From a virus (taxonomy: Duplodnaviria > Caudoviricetes): a stretch of DNA of 31,977 nt. Below the pieces are notes generated by a model. That model saw only the letters and a program-made list of their open reading frames with translations, did no database searches and was not told the DNA's origin. The DNA lies in the IMG/VR virus record IMGVR_UViG_3300025635_000102, positions 1 through 31,977 of that record, one strand, 5' to 3'. Positions within the stretch are counted from its first letter, which is position 1. Each line of letters opens with the position of its first letter. Both the position numbers and the translations under genes were made by a program. Of this stretch, positions 1 to 9,163 are shown piece after piece.

Positions 1-2
1 CT

Positions 3-3000
3 GTTCAAATCGCAGCCGAGGCTAGAAAGAGGCAAGGTCGCTCAAACGTGGAGTCTGGACTTGTTGGCCCGGCAACGTCATACGCGCCTGAATACGCGGC
101 GAAGATTCCTGAAGCTCAAACAAGCGCCGGGGTTTACGACGTTCAGCCTGCTTCCGGAGAAACCCCATTCGATGCCATCATTAGGGCTTCAAAAGCGCCC
201 AATGCGACATCTGGAATAGGGACCTCTGAAAATACCACATCGGAAACATCCCCAGTGGATGCGGTGATTCTTTCGCCACAGACGCGGCGACCGATCCCGA
301 AAGCACACCCAGAGCAGCAGCGTGTTTTGGATGCGGCAATGCAAACGCTAAATGCGCTTGATGACCCAAAAGCAAAGCCCGATATGTCGCTGGTTTTGCA
401 ATTGGAGCAATCGGCCCCGGCGATTCAAAAGCTTGTCAATTCTCGGATCAACCAAGCCATCCAGTCGAATGCTTTGGATTCCGACTTGGACCCGCTCATT
501 GCGCTCCAATCGAAGCTTAAGAAATTCACCGACGATTTGGAGGCTAGGCGTCAACTTTCAGACGAAGCGACCGCTGCTAGCGTTTCAATGGAACAGCCCG
601 CTAAAAAGTCGCAAAAGAAGCTATCGAACGCGGATAAGGCCTACAACAAGTTGGATGCTATTGATAAGGGGTTGAACCAAAATATCAACTCCTCCCTGTT
701 TCTTGGGGTTGAGGTTGGTGTCGCAAAGGTAGTTCTTAAAACCGCTAAGGCCGCCATCCGCGCCGGACAAGCCGTAGACGCCGCAGTTCGTTCCGCCATC
801 GCATACGCCAAGACCAAGTTTCCAGATGCGAAACTGGACAGTGCCGGACTCGAAAAATCCATCATCGCAGACCTGCATGGCGTTCTCTCTGGAAAAGAGG
901 AGCCTAGTTCGATAGCGCAAGCCGCAGAACCGTTCGTCGCGTCGAACGAATCAGCAGACTCCAAGCTGCAAGAGGAGAGTCTGTACCAGAAGCAACTTCG
1001 GATGGCGCGTACCGATTTGCGAGGGCTGCATGACCAAGTAAAGCAAGTCGCATTGGCTCGGGACATTCCGCTGGATCAGATTCCAAACGACCCGCAAAGC
1101 CCGTCGCTGGCTGAAATTGCCGAGTCTCTTGGCTTGTCAGGAGCCGCCGTTCAGGATCTCCAGAAGCGCGTTGGTTTTGAAGGTCGTGCCCGTGAGCTAA
1201 AGAAGGCCATCGTCGAGAAGCAGCAAGTTGACACCGCCGCCGAGAAGCTTGCAAAGGCCCCCAAGAAATACGCCGCAACGATTGCATTCTTGCAGAAGTC
1301 GTCTGCGAACTTGCAGAAGAAAATCAGCAGCAAGCAGTACGCGGATGTTGTTGGTCGCGCAAACGAGATTATCGCGCAGGAGCAAACCCAGATCGAACTC
1401 AAGGCGAAGCGTGATGCATTGAAGCAGCAGAACGTTGCCGCCGCCATTACTGGGCCGGTTGAGGAACTTCGCAATCTGATCGAGGAGACGCCCGAGTTGG
1501 CGAATCAAACGCCCGCCGAGTTCTTGGCTGACCCGCTGATTCCGGATGATCGCAAGCAAAGCGTTGTCATTCGCTTGTCCAGCCTCTACCGCGAGTTTGA
1601 TTACCACCGCTCAACTGTTGACTCACTCCTTTCAATGGAGGAGGAAAAGCTTCAGCGTCAAATTGACCGGCTGACGGGAAAATTGCGCGATGCTGAAACT
1701 GAGAAGGCTTACGCCGACATCGTTTTGGAAGATGCCAAGAAGGCACTCTCGGCAGATACTACAAACAGCCCTGACGAATTCACGGGCGGACTGAATCCAA
1801 AATGGCTTGCGTGGTTTGACCAGAACAAGTCTCAGCTTAGGTCTTTTGCAAAGGCGCTCTCCCAGGCAACGGGCGACCGCGCAATCATGGCGGAAAAGAT
1901 GCTGGACTGGATGCGCTTTGGAATGGACCCAAGCGAAATGCCAGACCTGAAGAATCTGTCCGGCAATAACTGGGGCGTTGGTGACGAAACGCTGAATTCC
2001 ATCAAGGAGGCGTTACTTGAGGCTCCAGCCATTCGGAACGCTGTAATGGCGCTTTCTGACGCAGGGAACGAGAAGCTTGCGGCTCACCAACTCCGAGCTA
2101 TCGCAACGGCGGCTATTGGAAACGAAGGCGACATCGCGGAAGAGTTGTTCCAGCAGTTGTCGGATCGAACTGAATCCGAACGAAGCAAGCTGATCGCATC
2201 GGCTCGCAATACCAAGAAGAAGCTGGACGACTTGCGCTTGCGAATCGAAACACTGCGCGAATCCAAGGCGCTGTTTGACAAAGTTGCAACCAGCCCGGTG
2301 TTTGTTGAGGGTCGTCAAACCGTTGAGGAGTCTGACAGCTCGTTCATGAAGCCCGCGTTGTCCATCGACGCCAATGGGCAGTTTTCTCTGAATGGGTTCA
2401 AGATGCCGGATGGAACAGAGCAGCAGGCGGTTATCGCGATTGGCAGCGGAGATTCTGCAACCAAAGGATATTCGCGGCGGGTGGCTGAAAAGCTGCACGA
2501 ATACCACGAGTCTGCTCAGGCTTACGTTGATGGTTATGAGGCGGCTTACGCAAACGCTCAAACCAACCCAACAGCGCCGTCGCCAACCGCGCTTGGTTAT
2601 GACTCGGCTGTTTATCGGGGGTTGAAGCATGCGTTACAGAACGAGCTTCCGGCAATCTTGGATGCCACCGCGTTCTCTCCAGTGCTGAATGTGGACAACT
2701 CCCGCAATGGATTAATGCAAACCGTGGAGTGGTTCACACAGCTTGACGCTACCATCCGCCAGATTCCGAATGTGTTTGGAGGAGTCGCTCGCAAAGCTCT
2801 CCAGCTCTACGGAGATGCTAAACTGAAGATCGAAACCGTTCGCAACAATCCGATCTTCGTTGAGATTGGAAAGCTTCGGACTGCGGCGATGGATTCTCAC
2901 CCGACTGTCGGTCGCAACTATGACCTGTACCGTAAGGAAATCTTCAACCCAATGGCAAACCGTGGTCGCGCCTTTGGATTGCTGAAGGTTGGAGACACGC

Positions 3001-6000
3001 TTTACACGGGGCATGTTGTAACTCAGGCCGACATTGACCTGATGAAGCGGGCGAAATTGCGCGACATGGCGCTCATCAAGATTGCCCAGAAATACGGCAA
3101 AGGTCAGGCTCAAAAGTTTGGAGGAGTTGAGTTCCGGCGTAAGGCTGGTTCCGTTGGCGATTACGGCATGGCGCGACGGGTCAACCAGAATGGGGATGCT
3201 TTCATCGACAAGCTGGCAAACCTGTTTCACAACCAAGGATCTGAATCAAAAATCACTTGGGAGAACGCTGGCGAGAAAACGGATAATCCAATCGTTGCGC
3301 TTCTTAACGAAGAGGCTGAAAACAACCACATGTTGAAGGCGCACGTCGAGGACTCCGCGCTTCGATCTGACCGCAACATTGCCACCGCTCCATTGATGCG
3401 GATGGCTTACCGTTCGCTGAATGCCGCGCTTGAAGCTGGCGGACACGTCGAGCAAATCAAGACGGTTCTGGATCTTGCAAATCGCCTTGTTGAGCATTTT
3501 CCAAGCGATACTCCATACGATCCTCGAACCTACGTGATGGAGCAGTTAAACGCTGAGTTTGACCAGATTGCCAAGAACTCGCTGACGATCATTGAGGAGT
3601 TGAACCAAGTGGACCCAGGCACGCTTTCACGCATCGACGACGCGAAGAAGATGCTTGGGGTGAATCGCGGGAAGTCTGCCAGCAACATTGACCACGAGAC
3701 ATCAAACAATGAGTACACGCGACCCGCTGCCCAGTTGATGCTGCCGAGCAACTACTACAACTATGGCGCGATTACTCCGGTTGAGATGGTGAACGCGGAC
3801 GCTAGAGCTGTTGGAGAACGAACCGTTGAGCTGAAGAACGCCATTCGCGCCTCGGCTGATAATCTTCGTTCTATCAAGCACGTTCTCGAAAGCGGAACCG
3901 AGGCTGAAATCAACGCCATCTCTCCGGAGTTTGCAAAGGACAAGGAGCTTGCGTTGAGTGTTGTTGACAACCTCATCAGCATGATTGAGACGAATGACCA
4001 ATGGCTTGGCGCTGACTACGTAAAGCCGAATGTCATCTTCCGCTCCGTGAAATCGCTGTTTGGATTCGGTATCGCCAGCGCGCTTTCCGGAACAAGCGTT
4101 GCCGCGCAGAACGCATTCTCATCCGCGTTTGGCGGTTTGATTCTTGAGTCGCAATTAAACCGCTACGGCAGAGCGATGCTGGCTTTAAAAGCTCTCCAGT
4201 ACGGCGCTGTTGTTATACGTAACACGTTCTACGAATTGATGAACCAGACATCCAAGGCGGTGTCAGTCGCATTCAAGTCGGCGCTTTACGGTATTCGCAA
4301 ATCCAACCCAAGTTTTGCGGATAGTGTTCAGTCGATGATGGACTCGGTTGTTCGCAACAAGTTCGTTTCCACCATCTCCAAGGCGTCCGGTTACGCGAAT
4401 TATTCGCGCCTCACGGAACACGCCCGAGACATTGGGTTCTCCCAAACAAAGCCGTTTGGACTGACTGTCACCAATGCGTGGCGGGAGGCGTTGACTTACG
4501 CGAACAAGGCGGAACAGGAGGCTGGGAAATCCACTTACGAACGCGGCAAACTTTACACGAAAGCCGCTCTAAAAACCGGCAAGGCTGCGGTTGAATCCGC
4601 GCTCACGTTTGCGCTGCTGACAGTTGGCGACGCGGCTATTAACGCGACAGCAATCTGGCAATCGAACGTCATTGGAGATTCCCTTAAGGATCTGGCGGTG
4701 CAATGGGCTGGAGACAGGATTGCTAAAGGAATGAAATATGACCTGTCTAATCCAGACTTTATCGTTAAACCCAACGAATACAAAGCTACTGGAACGATTG
4801 GTCGCGTTGGTGCTGCCGACGTGTTGGCAAAAGCTCGCAACTTGGTAAAGTTGACCGGCACAAACTTGGAATGGGCGCTTTGGGACTACTACCGCCGCAG
4901 CGACGGTGGAAAGGACAAGAGCGTTTCGTTCTGGGGCGACCATGAGGATTCCGTTCACCGCACATTTGTTGGTCAGATCAACGCGAACAACCAAACCAAC
5001 CGCCCGACACGATCCCAAAACGATCCAAGCCAAGGGATGATGCAGGCGTTGACCGGGTTCTCCAGCAACGTGATGACCGTGATGTTGCAAACGCTCACCA
5101 GCGGAAGGTTGTCCACAAGCCCTGGGCGCGAACGCTTCAAGGCGACCCTCCGCAAGTTGATGACGATCATCTTCGGAATGCTCGCCGCGTCTGCTATTGG
5201 CGTCTTTGCTCGCGCTGGAGTTGAGTTTACAAATCGCCTGTTCAACAATGCTCTTGGCCGCAAGATGACCGGGTTCGAGAAAGAATACTGGCAAGGAAAG
5301 CCGTCAGATGTTGCTGCTCGCGTTTTGAAAGATGCTCTTAGTGTTCTTCCGTACAGCGGTGCCGTGGTAAAAATGAACGACGGTCAGCGTCCAGACATCG
5401 CATCCGGAATCTTTGGCGTCAGCTTCGTGAACACCATCTTCAACACACTGATGGGCTTGAAGAACCTGCCGATGGAAGACTGGGGATGGCTGCTCCGCAA
5501 GTCGTCCAGCATGGTTGGCGCTTCCAAGTTGATTACCGGTAACATGGGTGATGGCGCTGCTTCTAGGGCGACCATTAACGGCGTGAATGCGTTTGCATCT
5601 GCCGCTGACAATGCTGGGTTGATCCCGGTTAAGCAGAGTCTTTCGCAAGCTGGCGGCCAGGTGATGAATGCGAAGTCCGGCATCCTTGGCAAGCTGTCTG
5701 AGGCTGCAATGTCCGCTCAAATGGCAGAACGCGCTGGCGACGCGAAAGGCGTTGAAGAGGCTAACGCTGAGATCGAAACCCAGAAGGCGCGACTGCTCAA
5801 GTTCCACACGGACAAGATCCAAAAAGACAACGAACTTCGCGGAATCACGTCTTCGGAGGAGAAGGTGGCAAAGGACGCTGTTGCGGCGGCGCGTAGGGAT
5901 TGGCAAGACCTGAATCCAATTTCACGCGCATTAGGGCATGCACCAACCGAAAGCGAGCTTGAGCGCATAAACGCCAATTTGTCTGGGACTCGTCGCGCTG

Positions 6001-6287
6001 CGGCTGACCTTGGTTGGAGTGCGTTTGAGCGGATGGCTTCCAGCTTTCCAGACTCTCGCGGGCGTGTGCAAGAGCCACAGCAGATGCGACAAGTTCGCGC
6101 TGGTGGAGGGGGTCGCGGCGGTATGCGGTCGCTGGCCGGTGCTGGCCGCTTTGGGTATTCCCCTCTCGCAAGGGTTCAGTCTCGTAGCCGTGTGTCATCG
6201 CGTCGCAGAGTTGGTGGCAGGAGCCGATTGAGCGGTGGTGTTCGCGGTATCCGGAAGACTCGCGGTATCCGTCGCATTCGCCGGTAA
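3..6287 (+). CDS. Giant phage internal virion / DNA-ejection (large polyvalent-type) protein, 5'-truncated
   Basis: Frame is open from nt 3 (GTT CAA ATC...), so the gene starts before the window; >2,090 aa. Helical/coiled-coil-rich, with C-terminal hydrophobic Gly/Ala helices (e.g. TIIFGMLAASAIGVFARAG) and a QINANNQTNRP...ALTGF segment resembling the C-terminal regions of podophage ejection proteins. Arg-rich tail. Function is inferred. Confidence 0.6.
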   Translation, partial: VQIAAEARKRQGRSNVESGLVGPATSYAPEYAAKIPEAQTSAGVYDVQPASGETPFDAIIRASKAPNATSGIGTSENTTSETSPVDAVILSPQTRRPIPKAHPEQQRVLDAAMQTLNALDDPKAKPDMSLVLQLEQSAPAIQKLVNSRINQAIQSNALDSDLDPLIALQSKLKKFTDDLEARRQLSDEATAASVSMEQPAKKSQKKLSNADKAYNKLDAIDKGLNQNINSSLFLGVEVGVAKVVLKTAKAAIRAGQAVDAAVRSAIAYAKTKFPDAKLDSAGLEKSIIADLHGVLSGKEEPSSIAQAAEPFVASNESADSKLQEESLYQKQLRMARTDLRGLHDQVKQVALARDIPLDQIPNDPQSPSLAEIAESLGLSGAAVQDLQKRVGFEGRARELKKAIVEKQQVDTAAEKLAKAPKKYAATIAFLQKSSANLQKKISSKQYADVVGRANEIIAQEQTQIELKAKRDALKQQNVAAAITGPVEELRNLIEETPELANQTPAEFLADPLIPDDRKQSVVIRLSSLYREFDYHRSTVDSLLSMEEEKLQRQIDRLTGKLRDAETEKAYADIVLEDAKKALSADTTNSPDEFTGGLNPKWLAWFDQNKSQLRSFAKALSQATGDRAIMAEKMLDWMRFGMDPSEMPDLKNLSGNNWGVGDETLNSIKEALLEAPAIRNAVMALSDAGNEKLAAHQLRAIATAAIGNEGDIAEELFQQLSDRTESERSKLIASARNTKKKLDDLRLRIETLRESKALFDKVATSPVFVEGRQTVEESDSSFMKPALSIDANGQFSLNGFKMPDGTEQQAVIAIGSGDSATKGYSRRVAEKLHEYHESAQAYVDGYEAAYANAQTNPTAPSPTALGYDSAVYRGLKHALQNELPAILDATAFSPVLNVDNSRNGLMQTVEWFTQLDATIRQIPNVFGGVARKALQLYGDAKLKIETVRNNPIFVEIGKLRTAAMDSHPTVGRNYDLYRKEIFNPMANRGRAFGLLKVGDTLYTGHVVTQADIDLMKRAKLRDMALIKIAQKYGKGQAQKFGGVEFRRKAGSVGDYGMARRVNQNGDAFIDKLANLFHNQGSESKITWENAGEKTDNPIVALLNEEAENNHMLKAHVEDSALRSDRNIATAPLMRMAYRSLNAALEAGGHVEQIKTVLDLANRLVEHFPSDTPYDPRTYVMEQLNAEFDQIAKNSLTIIEELNQVDPGTLSRIDDAKKMLGVNRGKSASNIDHETSNNEYTRPAAQLMLPSNYYNYGAITPVEMVNADARAVGERTVELKNAIRASADNLRSIKHVLESGTEAEINAISPEFAKDKELALSVVDNLISMIETNDQWLGADYVKPNVIFRSVKSLFGFGIASALSGTSVAAQNAFSSAFGGLILESQLNRYGRAMLALKALQYGAVVIRNTFYELMNQTSKAVSVAFKSALYGIRKSNPSFADSVQSMMDSVVRNKFVSTISKASGYANYSRLTEHARDIGFSQTKPFGLTVTNAWREALTYANKAEQEAGKSTYERGKLYTKAALKTGKAAVESALTFALLTVGDAAINATAIWQSNVIGDSLKDLAVQWAGDRIAKGMKYDLSNPDFIVKPNEYKATGTIGRVGAADVLAKARNLVKLTGTNLEWALWDYYRRSDGGKDKSVSFWGDHEDSVHRTFVGQINANNQTNRPTRSQNDPSQGMMQALTGFSSNVMTVMLQTLTSGRLSTSPGRERFKATLRKLMTIIFGMLAASAIGVFARAGVEFTNRLFNNALGRKMTGFEKEYWQGKPSDVAARVLKDALSVLPYSGAVVKMNDGQRPDIASGIFGVSFVNTIFNTLMGLKNLPMEDWGWLLRKSSSMVGASKLITGNMGDGAASRATINGVNAFASAADNAGLIPVKQSLSQAGGQVMNAKSGILGKLSEAAMSAQMAERAGDAKGVEEANAEIETQKARLLKFHTDKIQKDNELRGITSSEEKVAKDAVAAARRDWQDLNPISRALGHAPTESELERINANLSGTRRAAADLGWSAFERMASSFPDSRGRVQEPQQMRQVRAGGGGRGGMRSLAGAGRFGYSPLARVQSRSRVSSRRRVGGRSRLSGGVRGIRKTRGIRRIRR

Positions 6288-6464
6288 CACGCCGAATTCA
6301 TTCAACTCAGTCCACACAAGCCCGAGTTTCACCAGTGGGAACTTGGCGATTTTCCACGACGAAAAGTCCCGCCACAAGACTCCTTGGCGATTCCGGATTC
6401 GGACGCCTTGGATTTCTCGCAGCGGGACTTTGGCTAGTTCGTGATTTCGATCAATGATTGTCAT
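6195..6464 (-). CDS. Hypothetical protein (89 aa)
   Basis: ATG at 6464 overlaps the TGA of the upstream minus-strand gene (TGATG coupling) and the ORF fills the otherwise empty 6288-6463 gap. Its 3' end overlaps the giant gene antisense. Confidence 0.55.
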   Translation of the reverse strand: MTIIDRNHELAKVPLREIQGVRIRNRQGVLWRDFSSWKIAKFPLVKLGLVWTELNEFGVLPANATDTASLPDTANTTAQSAPATNSATR

Positions 6465-6901
6465 CAATTACCCTGAATCGTTGCCTTTGCGTAGGCGTAG
6501 ATATTCTCGTCGGTGATAGGCTTTCCAGGTTCAATCAGCCACATCTGCACTTGAGCCCAATTCCCAGTCTTGCCACACATCAGCGACCACGGGATTGTCA
6601 CCGACGCATCTTGACTGTCCATCTTGAAATGCCACTCGTTTGTAGTGGTGACACTGAACGGAACCCTGTTTGTGACGCCGCGAATGTTCACAACAACCTG
6701 CATGGTGGCCATCGTCGCATAGCGAACAAGAGCCGTAACACCCCCGCTGGTTGGGAACGTCATTGGATAAATCGGCCTCCACCCCATAAAGTTGGGATCT
6801 GGATAAGCCTTGGTAGTTCCAACGTAGCAGTCCGTCGCTGGGTCAGCCATGACGGATGTGGAGATTGCAATCGCCGCGATGATGTTAATGATTTTCTTCA
6901 T
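6464..6901 (-). CDS. Exported/periplasmic protein with Sec signal peptide (moron-like)
   Basis: N-terminus MKKIINIIAAIAISTSVMA-DP has basic n-region, hydrophobic h-region and VMA cleavage site; beta-rich mature part with two Cys. Confidence 0.75.
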   Translation of the reverse strand: MKKIINIIAAIAISTSVMADPATDCYVGTTKAYPDPNFMGWRPIYPMTFPTSGGVTALVRYATMATMQVVVNIRGVTNRVPFSVTTTNEWHFKMDSQDASVTIPWSLMCGKTGNWAQVQMWLIEPGKPITDENIYAYAKATIQGN

Positions 6902-6939
6902 ACGGACTTGTTGGTAGCTTGAACTTGTTCGGTCTGCAA
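6902..6939 (-). promoter_or_regulatory. Putative sigma70-like promoter for the minus-strand gene pair, nearly leaderless
   Basis: Minus strand reads TTGCAG-N17-TACCAACAAGTCCGT-ATG, the same layout as, and partly identical to, the promoter at 18148-18186 (…AAGTCCGC-ATG). Confidence 0.4.
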
Positions 6940-6964
6940 ATCAAAGAGTTGTGAATAGGCGACT

Positions 6965-7351
6965 ATGAAACTGAAACGATTGAAAGAGTGGGCGTCGGCG
7001 CTGGTTGACTCAGGGTTGGCTCAGTGTGAGGCGGCTAAATGGAAGTGCCCCGAATCTATTTGGATGTCGCTGTCCGCAATGTGGAAATTGCGAAAAAGCG
7101 ATTTTGCACACAGGCGCACGTTTATACAAAGGATTCGCATATGTAACACATGCCCCATTTACGACTTCAAAACGAAACGATGCCTCAATAAAGAGCACGT
7201 ATTTAACGATAACGGAGTCATGCGTCCGTTCGGTTGCGGGTGCTACATGCCGGTCAAGGCAAAGCTGAAAGACGCGGAATGCTGGCTGGCGTTGTCCGGA
7301 AATGATCGGTGGTTGACTGTGGAGCGAACAGCAGATAACGATAAAGGTTGA
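6965..7351 (+). CDS. Cys-rich putative metal-binding protein (DUF6171-like)
   Basis: Pattern R-I-R-I-C-x-x-C-P ... C ... G-C-G-C-Y-M-x-x-K-A ... C-W ... W matches my recollection of DUF6171-type small phage proteins. Confidence 0.65.
   Translation: MKLKRLKEWASALVDSGLAQCEAAKWKCPESIWMSLSAMWKLRKSDFAHRRTFIQRIRICNTCPIYDFKTKRCLNKEHVFNDNGVMRPFGCGCYMPVKAKLKDAECWLALSGNDRWLTVERTADNDKG
7313..7346 (+). promoter_or_regulatory. Putative late promoter/operator (TTGACT-N17-TAACGATAAAG)
   Basis: Near-consensus -35 at 7313-7318, exactly 17 nt spacer, then the repeated 11-mer at 7336-7346, 4 nt before the ATG at 7351. Confidence 0.6.
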
Positions 7352-7797
7352 TGATTTCAGCGCACGGCGATCTTTCAGTGTGTCCGCCAGCCCTAAAGCC
7401 TACGGCTGAAGAGGCGCAAGAGGCGTTTGTTTCACTTGGCGCTAGGAATGTAAACGTTGCCGCACTGGAAAAAGCTGCAAAAAGCTTTGCCTGGCTTCAG
7501 CAAACAGGGGCAAAAGCAATCGCGGTCGCTGAAATCATGGAGGACTTGGCGAAATGGAAGAAGATTGAGGAGAAGTACGACCCATTGCTGCTTGGAGAAT
7601 TCACGGATGGTGAGATGGACAGCGAAACCCTCATGGAGTACATGAAATTCCGCCTCCAAATCAGCTTAAACAAGGTCACGAGCTACAAGGAAATCGTTCG
7701 CCTAGCAGATCCAGCGACTACTGGTCCAAACAAAAAGGGCGTAAAGGCGTCGATTGCTCCAGTAACAACCATAAATCCTCTATCTGGAAGGGTTTAG
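7351..7797 (+). CDS. Hypothetical protein, possible terminase small subunit
   Basis: TGATG coupling with the upstream gene; 148 aa, helical, with a C-terminal beta-strand-like tail (PVTTINP); first gene behind a putative late promoter. TerS identity is only a guess. Confidence 0.5.
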   Translation: MISAHGDLSVCPPALKPTAEEAQEAFVSLGARNVNVAALEKAAKSFAWLQQTGAKAIAVAEIMEDLAKWKKIEEKYDPLLLGEFTDGEMDSETLMEYMKFRLQISLNKVTSYKEIVRLADPATTGPNKKGVKASIAPVTTINPLSGRV

Positions 7798-7822
7798 TCG
7801 CTTTCTTACAAGAATCACCACC

Positions 7823-8182
7823 ATGAACTTTCCGTTGTCATTCGATTCACTCCCATTAGATGATGCTAAAGTTAAGTATATGGGGAACATCGACAAAATT
7901 CTACCCGACTGGAAGTTTTGGCTCCAGCTAATAGCCTTTGGCATCGGCGCTGGCGTTGCATGGGAGGCGAACCAAGCGACGCGATCCGAGGTTAAGGAGC
8001 TGAAAGATTCCAACAACGCAAAAACTGAGGTGATTTTGAGAATGGAGGGCGATTTAAAGCTTATCCGGTTTCAGATAGAAGAATTGCAAAAGCGCCTAGA
8101 GTTGAAAAAAGTCGTCGGTGTTTTAGGCGTGTCCGATCCCGTCGCTGGTGATAGGTATTCCGAGCGTGATGACCGTCATTGA
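7823..8182 (+). CDS. Single-TM coiled-coil protein, holin- or i-spanin-like (alternative start 7880)
   Basis: Hydrophobic segment FWLQLIAFGIGAGVAW followed by a heptad coiled coil (EVKELKD...IEELQKRLE); lies upstream of two lipoproteins. Confidence 0.55.
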   Translation: MNFPLSFDSLPLDDAKVKYMGNIDKILPDWKFWLQLIAFGIGAGVAWEANQATRSEVKELKDSNNAKTEVILRMEGDLKLIRFQIEELQKRLELKKVVGVLGVSDPVAGDRYSERDDRH

Positions 8183-8375
8183 TGACGAAGAACTCTCGGC
8201 GCTCATGGGAATGGTGGACGCGCTTGGGGATTTGAGAATGCTTAGTGATAAGTACCAGTTGCTTGCGTCAGTGGATGATGAGCAGTCTGGAATGCAGGTG
8301 TCGCAGACCATGCATCGCGTCTGGTATGAACTTGGGCGGTTTGAACATCTAGCGGACAAAACCAAATACAACTAA
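8169..8375 (+). CDS. Hypothetical protein (68 aa)
   Basis: ATG at 8169 overlaps the end of the previous gene; tight operon packing. Confidence 0.55.
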   Translation: MTVIDDEELSALMGMVDALGDLRMLSDKYQLLASVDDEQSGMQVSQTMHRVWYELGRFEHLADKTKYN

Positions 8376-8376
8376 C

Positions 8377-8703
8377 ATGGTAATTCCACCGGGAGGAAAC
8401 ACTCCCCCAGACGAACCTGTAAGACTTCCTCCAGCAAACCCTGCTGAAGAGGCTGAGTTGAATGCTTACATGATCGCAAACCACTATCACCAGTGGCATT
8501 ACACCGGAAAGAAGCTCTACAGCAGCGGCACGGTTCAAATCTCTGGAATCGACATCGGCATGATTAACGCCCGACTCAAGAGCGTCTTTGGATCTTGGCC
8601 GCTTCCCGGTGAATACGGCGTTGGAACTTGGCCGTATGGCATTCCTGTAAATTGCGCCACAAACACGAACGGAACCCCAATGGTTCAGCAATGGCCCACA
8701 TGA
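8377..8703 (+). CDS. Hypothetical protein (108 aa, Pro/Trp/Tyr-rich)
   Basis: Starts 1 nt after the previous stop; its stop overlaps the next ATG (ATGA). Confidence 0.6.
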   Translation: MVIPPGGNTPPDEPVRLPPANPAEEAELNAYMIANHYHQWHYTGKKLYSSGTVQISGIDIGMINARLKSVFGSWPLPGEYGVGTWPYGIPVNCATNTNGTPMVQQWPT

Positions 8704-8900
8704 AACCCATCCTCATTTTTACACTCGCGGCATTGCTTGCTGGGTGCGTTACAAACAACCCGCCAACGTGCAATCCGCGCACGCATTTTGTGGCATGGCA
8801 AACTCCCGATGGTAAAATCTACGAACAGCAAGGGGTTCGCGGAAAGTGGGTAGTCGTGCCGTATGGAACCATCTTCTACGCCGGTAAACCCCCATTGTAA
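8700..8900 (+). CDS. Small lipoprotein (o-spanin/Rz1-like candidate)
   Basis: True start is likely ATG 8700 (ATGA overlap): MKPILIFTLAALLAG-C with a canonical lipobox LAGC. Confidence 0.75.
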   Translation: MKPILIFTLAALLAGCVTNNPPTCNPRTHFVAWQTPDGKIYEQQGVRGKWVVVPYGTIFYAGKPPL

Positions 8901-8905
8901 TCCCT

Positions 8906-9160
8906 ATGAAAGCTATCATTGCCATCATCGCCGTCGCCGCGCTCACCGGATGCACCTCCATCAAGACCCCTGACGGGTCCGTCTATCGCAACACCATCTT
9001 CACGAAGCAGTTCTCCGAGCTGGAAATTGAGAAGACGAGCGGCACAAACGTCACCAAGGTCAAAATCAAGGGCTTCAAATCCGATGCCGAGGCTATTGCG
9101 GGTGCCGTTTCGGAAGGTATTACAAAGGGGATTGCAAAAGGAGCGGTTCCAGTACCATAG
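8906..9160 (+). CDS. Small lipoprotein with C-terminal amphipathic/Gly-rich helix (spanin-like candidate)
   Basis: MKAIIAIIAVAALTG-C, lipobox LTGC; C-terminus AIAGAVSEGITKGIAKGA. Confidence 0.75.
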   Translation: MKAIIAIIAVAALTGCTSIKTPDGSVYRNTIFTKQFSELEIEKTSGTNVTKVKIKGFKSDAEAIAGAVSEGITKGIAKGAVPVP

Positions 9161-9163
9161 GCC

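Noticed and set aside
6458-6922. 154-aa + strand ORF opposite the signal-peptide gene
   Set aside because: The minus-strand ORF has a clear signal peptide, promoter-like upstream sequence and coupling to a downstream gene; the + ORF has none of these.
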